Shown piece after piece: positions 35,479 to 43,959 of a stretch of DNA of 64,000 nucleotides. A program made the translations under genes and the position numbers. The number at the start of each line of letters is the position of its first letter. The stretch's first letter is position 1. This stretch comes from Candidatus Latescibacterota bacterium (GTDB taxonomy: Bacteria > Latescibacterota > UBA2968 > GCA-2709665), in contig OZ252100.1 of the NCBI GenBank assembly GCA_965248435.1, positions 1,792,001 to 1,856,000 on the forward strand. Direction: 5' to 3'. A model generated the notes under the pieces. The model worked only from the letters and a program-made list of their open reading frames with translations. It did no database searches and had not been told where the DNA came from.

Positions 35479-37775
35479 GGAATCCTGTGTCCCGAACCGC
35501 CAAGCTGGGCTCGACACTGATCACCGTTTCCCTTTCTGCGATGGTCGTGTCCGTGCCCCTTGTCTACATGGAAGGCGTGTATGAGTACGCCCTCTTGCCG
35601 AAACGCCTGGCCCTTCACCTTTTCATCACACTCGCCCTGATCGGCTGGTTCCTCCAATCCGGTTTGGGAAAAGACTTCAGACAGTGTTCAAGCCCGCTCC
35701 ACTTACCGATCATCTGTCTGCTGTGCGCCGCCCTGCTTTCCACGCCACGGACAACGCACCCGCTCGACTCCCTTGTACAGCTGGCGTATCAGGGGAGCTT
35801 CCTTGCCCTGTTCTGGATCGCAGCCCACGCGATGTCCGTCGGGCGCCTGGTAACACTCCTCTGGGCGAACGCTATTGTCGGTCTCCTCGTTGCCGTGATC
35901 GGCATCCTCCAGTACCAGGGTCTGGAGATTTTGCTGCGCATTCCCTCGAACGGCCAGCCGAGTGCAACCTTTGGTTACCGCAATTTCGCAGCCATGTACC
36001 TCGTCTGCGCCCTCCCGCTGAACGGAATTCTCTTTCTCACGACTCGCAGGGTGGCAGGCCTTCTTCTTTCCTCCGCTTCAGTGACCTTAATGGGCGTCTA
36101 TCTCATCTATACACGAACACGGGGCGCCTGGGCTGGTGCGATGGGAGCACTTCTCATTGTTGCCACAACGGTTGCCCTATACCCCGGTCTTCGGCAAACC
36201 CTTGTGAGTGCGCTGCGCGCAGGACGATGGCCGCTGAAGAGAAACCTCATAATCGGAGGCATTCTCTTTTGGATTATCCTTGGCGTCCTCCCCGCCCGCT
36301 TCCAGGGGATCGGACTGCAGCGCTTCGATGAGAAGAAGGCCGGAATTGGTTCAACAATCGCGTCTCTTACTCGTGGACGACCGGATCGCGGCCGTTTGGC
36401 AATGTGGCGAAATACCATCGACATGATTCGGGACAAACCCCTTCTCGGCGTGGGCCCCGGAGGCTGGAAGCGCGTTTACCCGGCTTACGACAGAGGAGCC
36501 ATGATCCGGCCCGATTCGTCTCCTAAACGCCCTCACAACGACTACCTCTGGATCGCCTCCGACCTCGGACTGATCGGTCTTGGCGTCACCCTATGGTTTC
36601 TGGTCGTCCTGTTTCGATCGCTCCTTGAGCTATCTCGGCATCCACTGGAATTCTGGCGCCTGACTGCCCCTATGTTCGCAATCTCCTTGCTGGCCACCTT
36701 CGGCCATGCCCTCTTCAGCTTTCCTCGTGAACAGCCACAAGCCGCCATGTACCCATATCTCCTTGCGGGGATCGTCGCGAGTGTCGTGTCGACACATCGA
36801 GTTAGAGCCGCTCCCGCATTTCTTTCTCCGCTTGCCCTCGGGTTGCTTTTCACCCTTCCACTTTCCGCTGGATGGCTTACCGCACGTCAGATCGGGTTCG
36901 ACAGACATTACCTTCAGGCCCACGTCGCCGAAGATCGGAGTGACTGGACGGATATGCTCCAGGCAAGCGAGGCTGCGGCGGACTACGGGATCTTTCGCCC
37001 CCACGTACTTGTGATTCAGGGAAGAGGTGAGGAAAAGAAAGGGAGGTACGACAAAGCGGAGAAGGCCTACCAGAGCGCCCTCGACTATGAACCTCACTCC
37101 TGGCACGCCTATAACGGGCTTGGCGTGGTATACAAGCGGCAACAGCGATACCAGGAGGCGCTCCACGCCTACAAACAGGCGCTGGAGATCTTTCCGTCGG
37201 CCCCCGCTGTGAGAAATAACCTGGGCGCGCTCTACCGGAGCTTGGGTGACCTGAAACGTGCGGAGGCGGAATATCGCTACGTGCTTCGCGGCGACCCGAC
37301 CAACGCGGGAACTCTGAACAACCTGGGGAATATTTACAAGGCCCGGGGTCAGCTGGACGATGCCAGGGTGACCTATTTGAAAGCGATCGAGAGCGACTCG
37401 ACGCTCGCGACCGCACACTTCAACCTGGCCGATCTTTATCGCCTGGAGGGTTCGTCCGGCGAGGCCATCACATACTATTTGAAGGCCGCCCGCTTGGCCC
37501 CACGCAACGCCTCGATCCCCTGGGGACTGGGGATGGCGCTTGAAGCAAGCGGAGACCTCGACGGGGCGGAATCGGCTTACCGCGAGGCCATTGCCATTCG
37601 CTACGATTTTCCGGAGGCCTACTTCAACCTGGGAAACGTGCTGTTCACGAGACACCTCTACAGGGAGGCCCTCGATGCCTATCGCAGCTTTATTGGCATT
37701 TGGGAAGGAGAGTTGAAATTCGAGAAATTTGCGAGGTCAAGAATCGAGGAGTGCGTCAAGAGGATAAAAAAATAG
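35475..37775 (+). CDS. O-antigen ligase-like/TPR protein (array member 7)
   Basis: 766 aa, ATGA overlap; PSATFGYRN, YTRTRGAW, FDEKK, DRGRLAMW, RPHNDYLW, TPRs. Confidence 0.88.
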   Translation: MRNPVSRTAKLGSTLITVSLSAMVVSVPLVYMEGVYEYALLPKRLALHLFITLALIGWFLQSGLGKDFRQCSSPLHLPIICLLCAALLSTPRTTHPLDSLVQLAYQGSFLALFWIAAHAMSVGRLVTLLWANAIVGLLVAVIGILQYQGLEILLRIPSNGQPSATFGYRNFAAMYLVCALPLNGILFLTTRRVAGLLLSSASVTLMGVYLIYTRTRGAWAGAMGALLIVATTVALYPGLRQTLVSALRAGRWPLKRNLIIGGILFWIILGVLPARFQGIGLQRFDEKKAGIGSTIASLTRGRPDRGRLAMWRNTIDMIRDKPLLGVGPGGWKRVYPAYDRGAMIRPDSSPKRPHNDYLWIASDLGLIGLGVTLWFLVVLFRSLLELSRHPLEFWRLTAPMFAISLLATFGHALFSFPREQPQAAMYPYLLAGIVASVVSTHRVRAAPAFLSPLALGLLFTLPLSAGWLTARQIGFDRHYLQAHVAEDRSDWTDMLQASEAAADYGIFRPHVLVIQGRGEEKKGRYDKAEKAYQSALDYEPHSWHAYNGLGVVYKRQQRYQEALHAYKQALEIFPSAPAVRNNLGALYRSLGDLKRAEAEYRYVLRGDPTNAGTLNNLGNIYKARGQLDDARVTYLKAIESDSTLATAHFNLADLYRLEGSSGEAITYYLKAARLAPRNASIPWGLGMALEASGDLDGAESAYREAIAIRYDFPEAYFNLGNVLFTRHLYREALDAYRSFIGIWEGELKFEKFARSRIEECVKRIKK

Positions 37776-37797
37776 GGGTGCGAAAGCGCACCCCTTT
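37774..37797. terminator. Probable bidirectional terminator ending the ligase array
   Basis: AGGGGTGCG-AAAG-CGCACCCCT hairpin, with TTT downstream and an A-run upstream. Confidence 0.75.
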
Positions 37798-37825
37798 GTG
37801 GACAATTCAGAACTTATGTAATATT

Positions 37826-37951
37826 CTACCTGGGATTCCAGAAGCTGTCGAATCGTCGGGACTTCTGATCCTGGTATTCGACGACCACGAGCGACAGAAC
37901 GCCCAGTACGACGATGGAAACCCCGATGAATGGAATGATCCAGAGACCCAT
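37826..37951 (-). CDS. Small single-pass membrane protein (41 aa)
   Basis: Hand translation MGLWIIPFIGVSIVVLGVLSLVVVEYQDQKSRRFDSFWNPR*; TAAGG upstream, terminator downstream; below the ORF-track size cutoff. Confidence 0.55.
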   Translation of the reverse strand: MGLWIIPFIGVSIVVLGVLSLVVVEYQDQKSRRFDSFWNPR

Positions 37952-38139
37952 AACCGTGCCTTATTTAGGGCTGATATTAGGGCTGATAGTTGCTTCGGCC
38001 CTCCTGTCGTATCTTATCGGCATATCGGACGCCAATCTTTTGCAAAAATTGAGTTGTGTAGGACGCGTTGTCTTGTTACATTTCACTCCGTAAAAGGGAA
38101 GTTGCGACACCTATTAAGTTATAGGGAAGGAGTCAATCG

Positions 38140-38397
38140 TTGCCTCAACTTAAATCCTCACGGAAACGGCTCAGGCAGATGCAAAAGGTCCGAGCGCGGA
38201 ATAGGAGCGTTCGCACGCTGGTACGTGGGACCCTCAAGAGAGTCCGAAATGCGCCCAGTAAGTCTGAAGCGGAGGCCCTCTTGCCTCAGGCCCAGTCGGC
38301 AGTTGACAGAAGCGTTAAGAAGGGCGTCGTCCATAAGAAGGTCGCCGCTCGCTATAAGTCCAGGTTAACGCGGTTCGTCAGAGCTATGGAAGCCTAG
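38140..38397 (+). CDS. rpsT: 30S ribosomal protein S20
   Basis: TTG start after AGGAG; PQLKSSRKRLRQ...RNRS...KGVVHKKVAARYKSRL is the S20 signature. Confidence 0.95.
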   Translation: MPQLKSSRKRLRQMQKVRARNRSVRTLVRGTLKRVRNAPSKSEAEALLPQAQSAVDRSVKKGVVHKKVAARYKSRLTRFVRAMEA

Positions 38398-38419
38398 GAA
38401 CGGCAAAAGAAGAAACACG

Positions 38420-38454
38420 AAAGGGCCCGGTTGCGGATACCGGGCCCTTTTTTT
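38420..38454. terminator. Bidirectional terminator between rpsT and cysK
   Basis: AAAGGGCCCGGT/ACCGGGCCCTTT stem ending in a T7 run. Confidence 0.88.
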
Positions 38455-38486
38455 ACGATCGATGGATCTGATTCTACGGCGCGATC

Positions 38487-39416
38487 TTACCCGAAAAGAA
38501 ACGACCCGAGATAGCGCTCTCCAGTATCGCACACCACGATCACGACCCGCTTTCCTTTACCCAATTCCACGGCGATTTGAATCCCAGCGTGTGCAATCGC
38601 GCCGGACGAGATCCCCGACAGGATCCCTTCCTCCCTTGCGAGGCGTCTGGCCATCGAGCGTGCATCGGTGTTCGAAACGGAGACAACGCGATCGAAGACG
38701 TCCAGGTTCAAGACGGAAGGGACGAACCCGGCGCCAAGGCCGTCGATCTCTGTAGGTCCAGGGTCCCCTCCTGATAGAACGGCTGAATCTTCAGGCTCCA
38801 CAGCCACAACCAGCACATCCGAGCGATTCTCCTTCAGCACTTCCCCTACCCCCGTGATCGTACCGCCCGTCCCGACGCCTGCGACAAACGCATCCGGAGC
38901 CCCCCCAAATTGGTCCAGAATCTCCCTGGCCGTCGTCTGCCGATGGACCTCCGGATTTGCCGGGTTCTCGAACTGCTGGGGCATGAAGCACGATTTGCGG
39001 TCGGACATGATTTCCATAGCCTTGTCTATGGTCCCCTTCATTCCATCGTAATTCGGCGTCAAGACGACCTCAGCTCCAAACGCCTTCAGAAGCATTTGCC
39101 GCTCCTGGCTCACACCCTCCGGCATCGTGATGATCAGGTTGTAGCCCTTTACAGCGGCAACCATCGCGAGCCCGATGCCGGTGTTTCCGCTCGTCGGCTC
39201 AACGATCGTCATCCCTGGCTTCAGGTCCCCGCTCTGTTCTGCAGCCTCGATCATCGCGTGTGCGATCCGGTCCTTCACGCTTCCGGCCGGGTTGAAAGAC
39301 TCCAGTTTCGCCCACGTTTCGGCCGCATCGTCAGGAACGACCCTGTTGAGGCGCACGACAGGCGTCGAACCGATAAGGTCCAGGACAGAATGACCTCTTT
39401 TGTTTTCCATCCGCAC
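38487..39416 (-). CDS. cysK: Cysteine synthase A
   Basis: KLESFNPAGSVKDR (PLP Lys), EPTSGNTGIG, QQFENPAN, GVGTGGT, DTGERYL. Start may be ATG 39410. Confidence 0.92.
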   Translation of the reverse strand: MRMENKRGHSVLDLIGSTPVVRLNRVVPDDAAETWAKLESFNPAGSVKDRIAHAMIEAAEQSGDLKPGMTIVEPTSGNTGIGLAMVAAVKGYNLIITMPEGVSQERQMLLKAFGAEVVLTPNYDGMKGTIDKAMEIMSDRKSCFMPQQFENPANPEVHRQTTAREILDQFGGAPDAFVAGVGTGGTITGVGEVLKENRSDVLVVAVEPEDSAVLSGGDPGPTEIDGLGAGFVPSVLNLDVFDRVVSVSNTDARSMARRLAREEGILSGISSGAIAHAGIQIAVELGKGKRVVIVVCDTGERYLGSFLFG

Positions 39417-39851
39417 CTAGATTCGGAATACGAGGCTCTCGCGACGGACTCGGTCCCGTCGGCAAAGATCCTCGAATGTGATGGAAGAAATTACTCTATC
39501 AATGGCACCTTCTACTTCGTCCCATACTTCACGCAGGACATCCCCTTCGACGTCAACCCTCACTCCGCCTTCCTTCTGGCCCACGAGGTCGATCGGACCC
39601 TCGAGCGCGACGAGAACCTCTCCGACGGAGACCTCGCGGGGACGCATCGCCAAGACGTGTCCCCCCTTCGGCCCGCGAACGCTGCGCACGACACCTGCCT
39701 TCCGTAGCAGATTTAGAAGCTGAACGAGATAGGACTCTGGGATGTTCTGCCGTGAGGCGATATCCGCACTTTGCACGTATCCCCGGCCCTCGTGCAACGC
39801 GAGATCGAGAACCGCCTTGATTCCGTAGTTGCCCTTTGCAGATATATGCAT
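39417..39851 (-). CDS. Rrf2-family transcriptional regulator (CymR-like, no Fe-S Cys triad)
   Basis: ISAKGNYG...IASRQNIPESYLVQL...SVRGPKGGH; only one Cys. Confidence 0.88.
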   Translation of the reverse strand: MHISAKGNYGIKAVLDLALHEGRGYVQSADIASRQNIPESYLVQLLNLLRKAGVVRSVRGPKGGHVLAMRPREVSVGEVLVALEGPIDLVGQKEGGVRVDVEGDVLREVWDEVEGAIDRVISSITFEDLCRRDRVRRESLVFRI

Positions 39852-39902
39852 TTCGGCGGCCTCCAGAGAGTCACTTCCTGGTGAATACGCCGGTGCGAAC
39901 CA

Positions 39903-40184
39903 CTACGAACGCCCTCCGGCAATCGCCGGGACAATCGTCACACTGTCCCCGTCCTTGAGGGGCGTATCGGAGCCCTCCAGGAAACGGATATCCTCCTCGT
40001 TCACATAAACGTTCACAAATCTTCTGATCTGTCCCGATTCATCTACCAGCTGCCCCTTTATACCTGGGTGTTTCGCTTCCAGGTTATCGATCAATTCCCC
40101 TGCCGTCTTTCCCGGAATCTCCACATCAGCCTGGTCGCCGGTGTACTTTCTCAACGGTGTGGGAATACGCACGGTCACGCTCAT
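39903..40184 (-). CDS. Ubiquitin-like sulfur carrier protein (MoaD/ThiS/CysO family)
   Basis: Start ATG 40184 after AAGGAGG; VRIPTPLR...[14 protein letters not shown]...VPAIAGG-RS. Confidence 0.9.
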   Translation of the reverse strand: MSVTVRIPTPLRKYTGDQADVEIPGKTAGELIDNLEAKHPGIKGQLVDESGQIRRFVNVYVNEEDIRFLEGSDTPLKDGDSVTIVPAIAGGRS

Positions 40185-40242
40185 CCTGGGCACCTCCTTC
40201 TTCTTGCAGCTTGTTATTCCTGCTTGAGTTAACGGTTCGAAC

Positions 40243-41253
40243 TCATCCGCGCCACCTAACATTGCTTTCCACTCGCCTGGCCAGTTGTTCAAACAGATCT
40301 TCGCGCTTCCCCTCTCCCGGGGGAAGGTGTTCTCGTATTTTCGTGTCATACTCGCTCAGGACCTCCCTGCCGTTCGAAAGGGCGTCGGAAGCGAAATTCC
40401 CCGCAAACTCACCGCTCACGACCGCAGTAGAAATACCCCCGCCACCGAACGGAACGGAAATGCCACCCGCGCCACCCGCCAGAATGATATTCTCCTCACG
40501 GAGGCATGGAACCATCCCGTCGATCGGCACAAGACCACCCGTACACCCGAGGATGCCCCTGGCATAGACCCGTCCCTCCGCTTCTCGGCCGCGCAGGAAT
40601 CGCTGGAGATTCTCCTTGAGAAATCGAGCTCGTTCACGGCGGACCGCGACGCCTATCCTGGCGGTTCTCCCGGATGGGACGAACCACATGCAGCAATCCT
40701 CCTGCTCCCACGGACTATGGAATTCAACCCAGGCTTCCGGCCTTCGCAAACCGACTTCGTATTGCAGCGTGGCCAAGAAATTTTGGTTCCTTTGCCCTAT
40801 TGATCTCCCGACTACAGAACCCGGGCCATCTGTACCTAGAATGATCTTCCCTCCAAAGGCGGCCTCCAGACCGTTTCGACGGAAGATTACCCGACCTTTT
40901 TCGCATCGCAGAACAAGGGCATTGGCAAGATCAGCGCCGGCTTCAAGGGCCCGAATCGCAAGCGTCTTGTCCAGCCGCATTCGGTCCAGCACGTAACCGG
41001 GGGACTTGACTTCCTTCCAGCCTGTGCCGGGCTCCTTCAATCGAATCCCGTCCACGTGCTGGAGGACCGCACTGTCATCGAACCCCGTTCGTTCGCGAAG
41101 CCAGTCCGGAACGTATCCCGCACAGCGGGCCGGCATCCCAACCGAACGTCTCCTGTCCACGATCATAACGGAGAAACCCCGTTCGGCCGCCACGCGAGCA
41201 GCCGTGGCTCCGGCAGGCCCGCATCCGATCACCAGCAGATCAAACAGGTCCAG
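40243..41253 (-). CDS. FAD-dependent oxidoreductase, geranylgeranyl-reductase-like
   Basis: [28 protein letters not shown] motifs. Start uncertain (CTG 41253 or GTG 41232). Confidence 0.75.
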   Translation of the reverse strand: MDLFDLLVIGCGPAGATAARVAAERGFSVMIVDRRRSVGMPARCAGYVPDWLRERTGFDDSAVLQHVDGIRLKEPGTGWKEVKSPGYVLDRMRLDKTLAIRALEAGADLANALVLRCEKGRVIFRRNGLEAAFGGKIILGTDGPGSVVGRSIGQRNQNFLATLQYEVGLRRPEAWVEFHSPWEQEDCCMWFVPSGRTARIGVAVRRERARFLKENLQRFLRGREAEGRVYARGILGCTGGLVPIDGMVPCLREENIILAGGAGGISVPFGGGGISTAVVSGEFAGNFASDALSNGREVLSEYDTKIREHLPPGEGKREDLFEQLARRVESNVRWRG

Positions 41254-41307
41254 GTTGGCGCCCCTCGGTAAGGCCCTTCATCCAGAGGGCGAACTGGCAG
41301 TTTCTCT

Positions 41308-42531
41308 TCACCAACTCCTGCTGCGTCTTTTACTGGAAAGGGTTTTGATGACTGAATCCAGCACGACCATCGGCTGTGTCCCGCTTTGTGTTACGCGTGT
41401 CTGCAGACCGCCCGGGATGCCGAAATGATCGTGTGCTTTCACCCCTCGCTCCACACCTTCGATCTGGACAGATCCCTCCCCACGTACGACCGACACGATC
41501 CGAAAGTCATCGACATCGAACGAATACCCCGCCGGATTGATCCGGGTCAGGCTCAATTCGAGCCCCCCGCTCCCCTCCCGGTTGGTCACCGTATAAGGAA
41601 TCAGCGTCGAGCGCCAGGAAGATGGCATACCCTCCAGCTTGCTGATTTCTCGCTCCAGATGTATCATCTGACTCAAAGGAGGGCTCTCCCGATCGACTTC
41701 CGTCGTGATCTCCTCCACGGACTGCTGCTGTGGAATCACATCTAGAAAGACACCCCACCCACTGTGCTTCAGTGAACCGAAGATGAACGGGACGTGATGA
41801 ATTTCATCAGACGTATTGACCCATCCGTGATCGGTGTTCGGAGGGATCGGCATGGCGTAGCCTTCATCGATACTTGCCCGATATCTGCCAAGGACAGTCT
41901 TCCCGTGTGTCGGGTTGTAGCCCAGATGGATCTCCACCCCCTGCCTGTGGCGATGCGTGGGTACGTTGCGCTCCTCCCCTCCCAGATGCGCGAGATTCCA
42001 GGAGTGATGATCACCGTAAACCAGAGGAACGATCGTGATACCGAGATTTGGAACGACGAAAGAGGCCTGCTTTGGGGCCTCGACATCTCGCGTAAGGTGA
42101 ATACCGTTGTTAGCAGTGATCTCCTGAATGATCTCGGCAAAACGCTGAACCACACGCTCGATTTCCGGATCCCTGGATGCGCGATAGTCTCCTTCCAATG
42201 ACTCGATCACGCGCAGCAAGCTGCGGTGGTAGCGGTAAAGCGTGGAGACGACGACACGAAAGTCCTCCGGTACAGGCTCCATAGCTTGGTCAGCAAGATC
42301 TTGAAGCCCATCAACCGCTCGCTGCCGGTTGGCTGCAGCCAACGGATCCGTACCGGGCCGTTCTCGAAGTGCGATCCCGGTGGCGTGAAAAGTCCCGATC
42401 GTGTGTAGACGATACGCGTAGCTATAAAGGCGAGCTTGCGTTATATCATCAGCGGTGATCCCCTCCGGGCTTCGGTTCTTTTCGTGGCTCTGATAGGCCT
42501 TATCGATCAGATCCTTATACGCCGGATGCAT
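41308..42531 (-). CDS. Cupin-domain protein (helical N-region, probable bicupin)
   Basis: THRHRQGVE...IPPNTDHG metal-binding cupin motif, plus a second degenerate cupin (VVRGEGSV...HFGIPGG). Likely start ATG 42531. Confidence 0.65.
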   Translation of the reverse strand: MHPAYKDLIDKAYQSHEKNRSPEGITADDITQARLYSYAYRLHTIGTFHATGIALRERPGTDPLAAANRQRAVDGLQDLADQAMEPVPEDFRVVVSTLYRYHRSLLRVIESLEGDYRASRDPEIERVVQRFAEIIQEITANNGIHLTRDVEAPKQASFVVPNLGITIVPLVYGDHHSWNLAHLGGEERNVPTHRHRQGVEIHLGYNPTHGKTVLGRYRASIDEGYAMPIPPNTDHGWVNTSDEIHHVPFIFGSLKHSGWGVFLDVIPQQQSVEEITTEVDRESPPLSQMIHLEREISKLEGMPSSWRSTLIPYTVTNREGSGGLELSLTRINPAGYSFDVDDFRIVSVVRGEGSVQIEGVERGVKAHDHFGIPGGLQTRVTQSGTQPMVVLDSVIKTLSSKRRSRSW

Positions 42532-43471
42532 ACGTAGGGTCACGTTGCAGCTCCTGGACAAGATCATCTGTGAGCGACTCGAGGTCGTAGTGGGGTTTCC
42601 AGCCCCAGTCGCTCCGTGAAGAGGTATCGTCGATTTCGGTTGGCCAGCTTTCGATGAGGTCTACGACCTCCTGATCCGGATCGAAAACCAGTTCAGCTTC
42701 CGGAAGGCGGAGGCATATGGCATCGGAAATCTGCTTCGCCGAGGGGGCCATTGCGTGGATGTTATACACACGTCGTGTCAATCCACCGCTCGGCGCTTCG
42801 AGCATCCCGACGATGGCTCGCAGCACATCCTTAACGTAGATGATCGAGGGACTGGTTTCGGGCCGGACCTTGAACGTAAAGTGGCTGGACCGGGCTGCTT
42901 CAACGAACGCGCGGGATGCATATGCGCTGGCCGCACCAGAGTGTGCGAATGCAGAAATCACGACGGGCAGCCTGATGCAGCGAAAATCCAGGCCGTGCCT
43001 TTCGTGGTAGTAGACACCCAGACGCTCCACAGCAGCCTTCGTCACGCCGTAAAGGCCGCTGGGCCATTGTGGGAAATCTTCAGGAAGCGGGCTGGGTAGC
43101 GCCCCCCCATAAGAGGCGAGTGAACTCGGGAAAAAGACCTGCTCAACACCTTGTTCGAGGGCCAGCTCAAAAAGCGCGAACGCTCCATCCAGGTTGATAC
43201 CCCAGGCTCGACTTCGCTCCAGTTCGGATCGGCCGGACAGCAGCGACGAAAAATGGAGGACGACTTGCGGACGGGTTTCACGCAGCGCCGCAGAAACGGC
43301 TTCGTGGGACGTTATATCACCGCGTATGTATCTACAGCCCTCGGCAGACGCCCCCGCGGGCCCATCGGCCACGTCGAACAAGACGACCCGATGGCCCCGC
43401 TCCGCCAAATCGAAGGTCAGCTGGCAGGCAAGGTTTCCGGCACCACCGGTTATAAGATAGGTACGACTCAC
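42515..43471 (-). CDS. NAD-dependent epimerase/dehydratase (extended SDR, threonine-dehydrogenase-like)
   Basis: LITGGAG, SLLSG, FPSSLASYG, YGVTK, GLDFRCIR, IESWP, DWGWKP. Confidence 0.8.
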   Translation of the reverse strand: MSRTYLITGGAGNLACQLTFDLAERGHRVVLFDVADGPAGASAEGCRYIRGDITSHEAVSAALRETRPQVVLHFSSLLSGRSELERSRAWGINLDGAFALFELALEQGVEQVFFPSSLASYGGALPSPLPEDFPQWPSGLYGVTKAAVERLGVYYHERHGLDFRCIRLPVVISAFAHSGAASAYASRAFVEAARSSHFTFKVRPETSPSIIYVKDVLRAIVGMLEAPSGGLTRRVYNIHAMAPSAKQISDAICLRLPEAELVFDPDQEVVDLIESWPTEIDDTSSRSDWGWKPHYDLESLTDDLVQELQRDPTYASGV

Positions 43472-43959
43472 GCTTTGTTCCTGAAAGGTCCCGGAATCAA
43501 CTGCAGGTCCATTTCTGCGAAACTCTCTTCTTCTTCATCCCACCGAAAGGCCTTTTTCCCCTTCAGCTCTCCTTCTACGACAGAAACGACAAGGTAGGTG
43601 ACCTCGGGAAACGCAGGTTGTCCGAATGGAGTCGCTGCCATTCGATCTTCTTCGGAAAAATAGGCATCGCAATCGATATGGGAGTGGTAGAATGCCACAA
43701 CTCGGCCGCCCGCCCCCTCAGCCTCAGTCACGATGCGATGAACTTGAAGGTCATCCATCCTGTAGGCCTCCCTGGATGTACGGGGATGCGCCTCCGGATC
43801 AGTCGAATGCAGTCGGTCCTGAATGTTGTCGCACCGATGAACCCGATGGATGCCGCCGCCATCCTCCGTGACAATCCCACAGCATTCGGCGGGGTAATCC
43901 CGCTTCGAGTGGTCGAAGATCTCATCCCACATTTCAGTTGCGAGATCAGGCACCGTCAT
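43468..43959 (-). CDS. JAMM/MPN+ metalloprotease (Mec-like sulfur-carrier peptidase)
   Basis: YPAECCG and FYHSH...FSEED JAMM motif; next to cysM. Confidence 0.88.
   Translation of the reverse strand: MTVPDLATEMWDEIFDHSKRDYPAECCGIVTEDGGGIHRVHRCDNIQDRLHSTDPEAHPRTSREAYRMDDLQVHRIVTEAEGAGGRVVAFYHSHIDCDAYFSEEDRMAATPFGQPAFPEVTYLVVSVVEGELKGKKAFRWDEEEESFAEMDLQLIPGPFRNKA

Noticed and set aside
22317-37775. Ligase array as an assembly artefact or pseudogene series
   Set aside because: The paralogs are strongly diverged, full-length, retain catalytic motifs and have tight stop/start overlaps.
37700-38368. 222-aa ORF overlapping rpsT
   Set aside because: It crosses a terminator, the small minus-strand ORF and rpsT; no recognisable motif.
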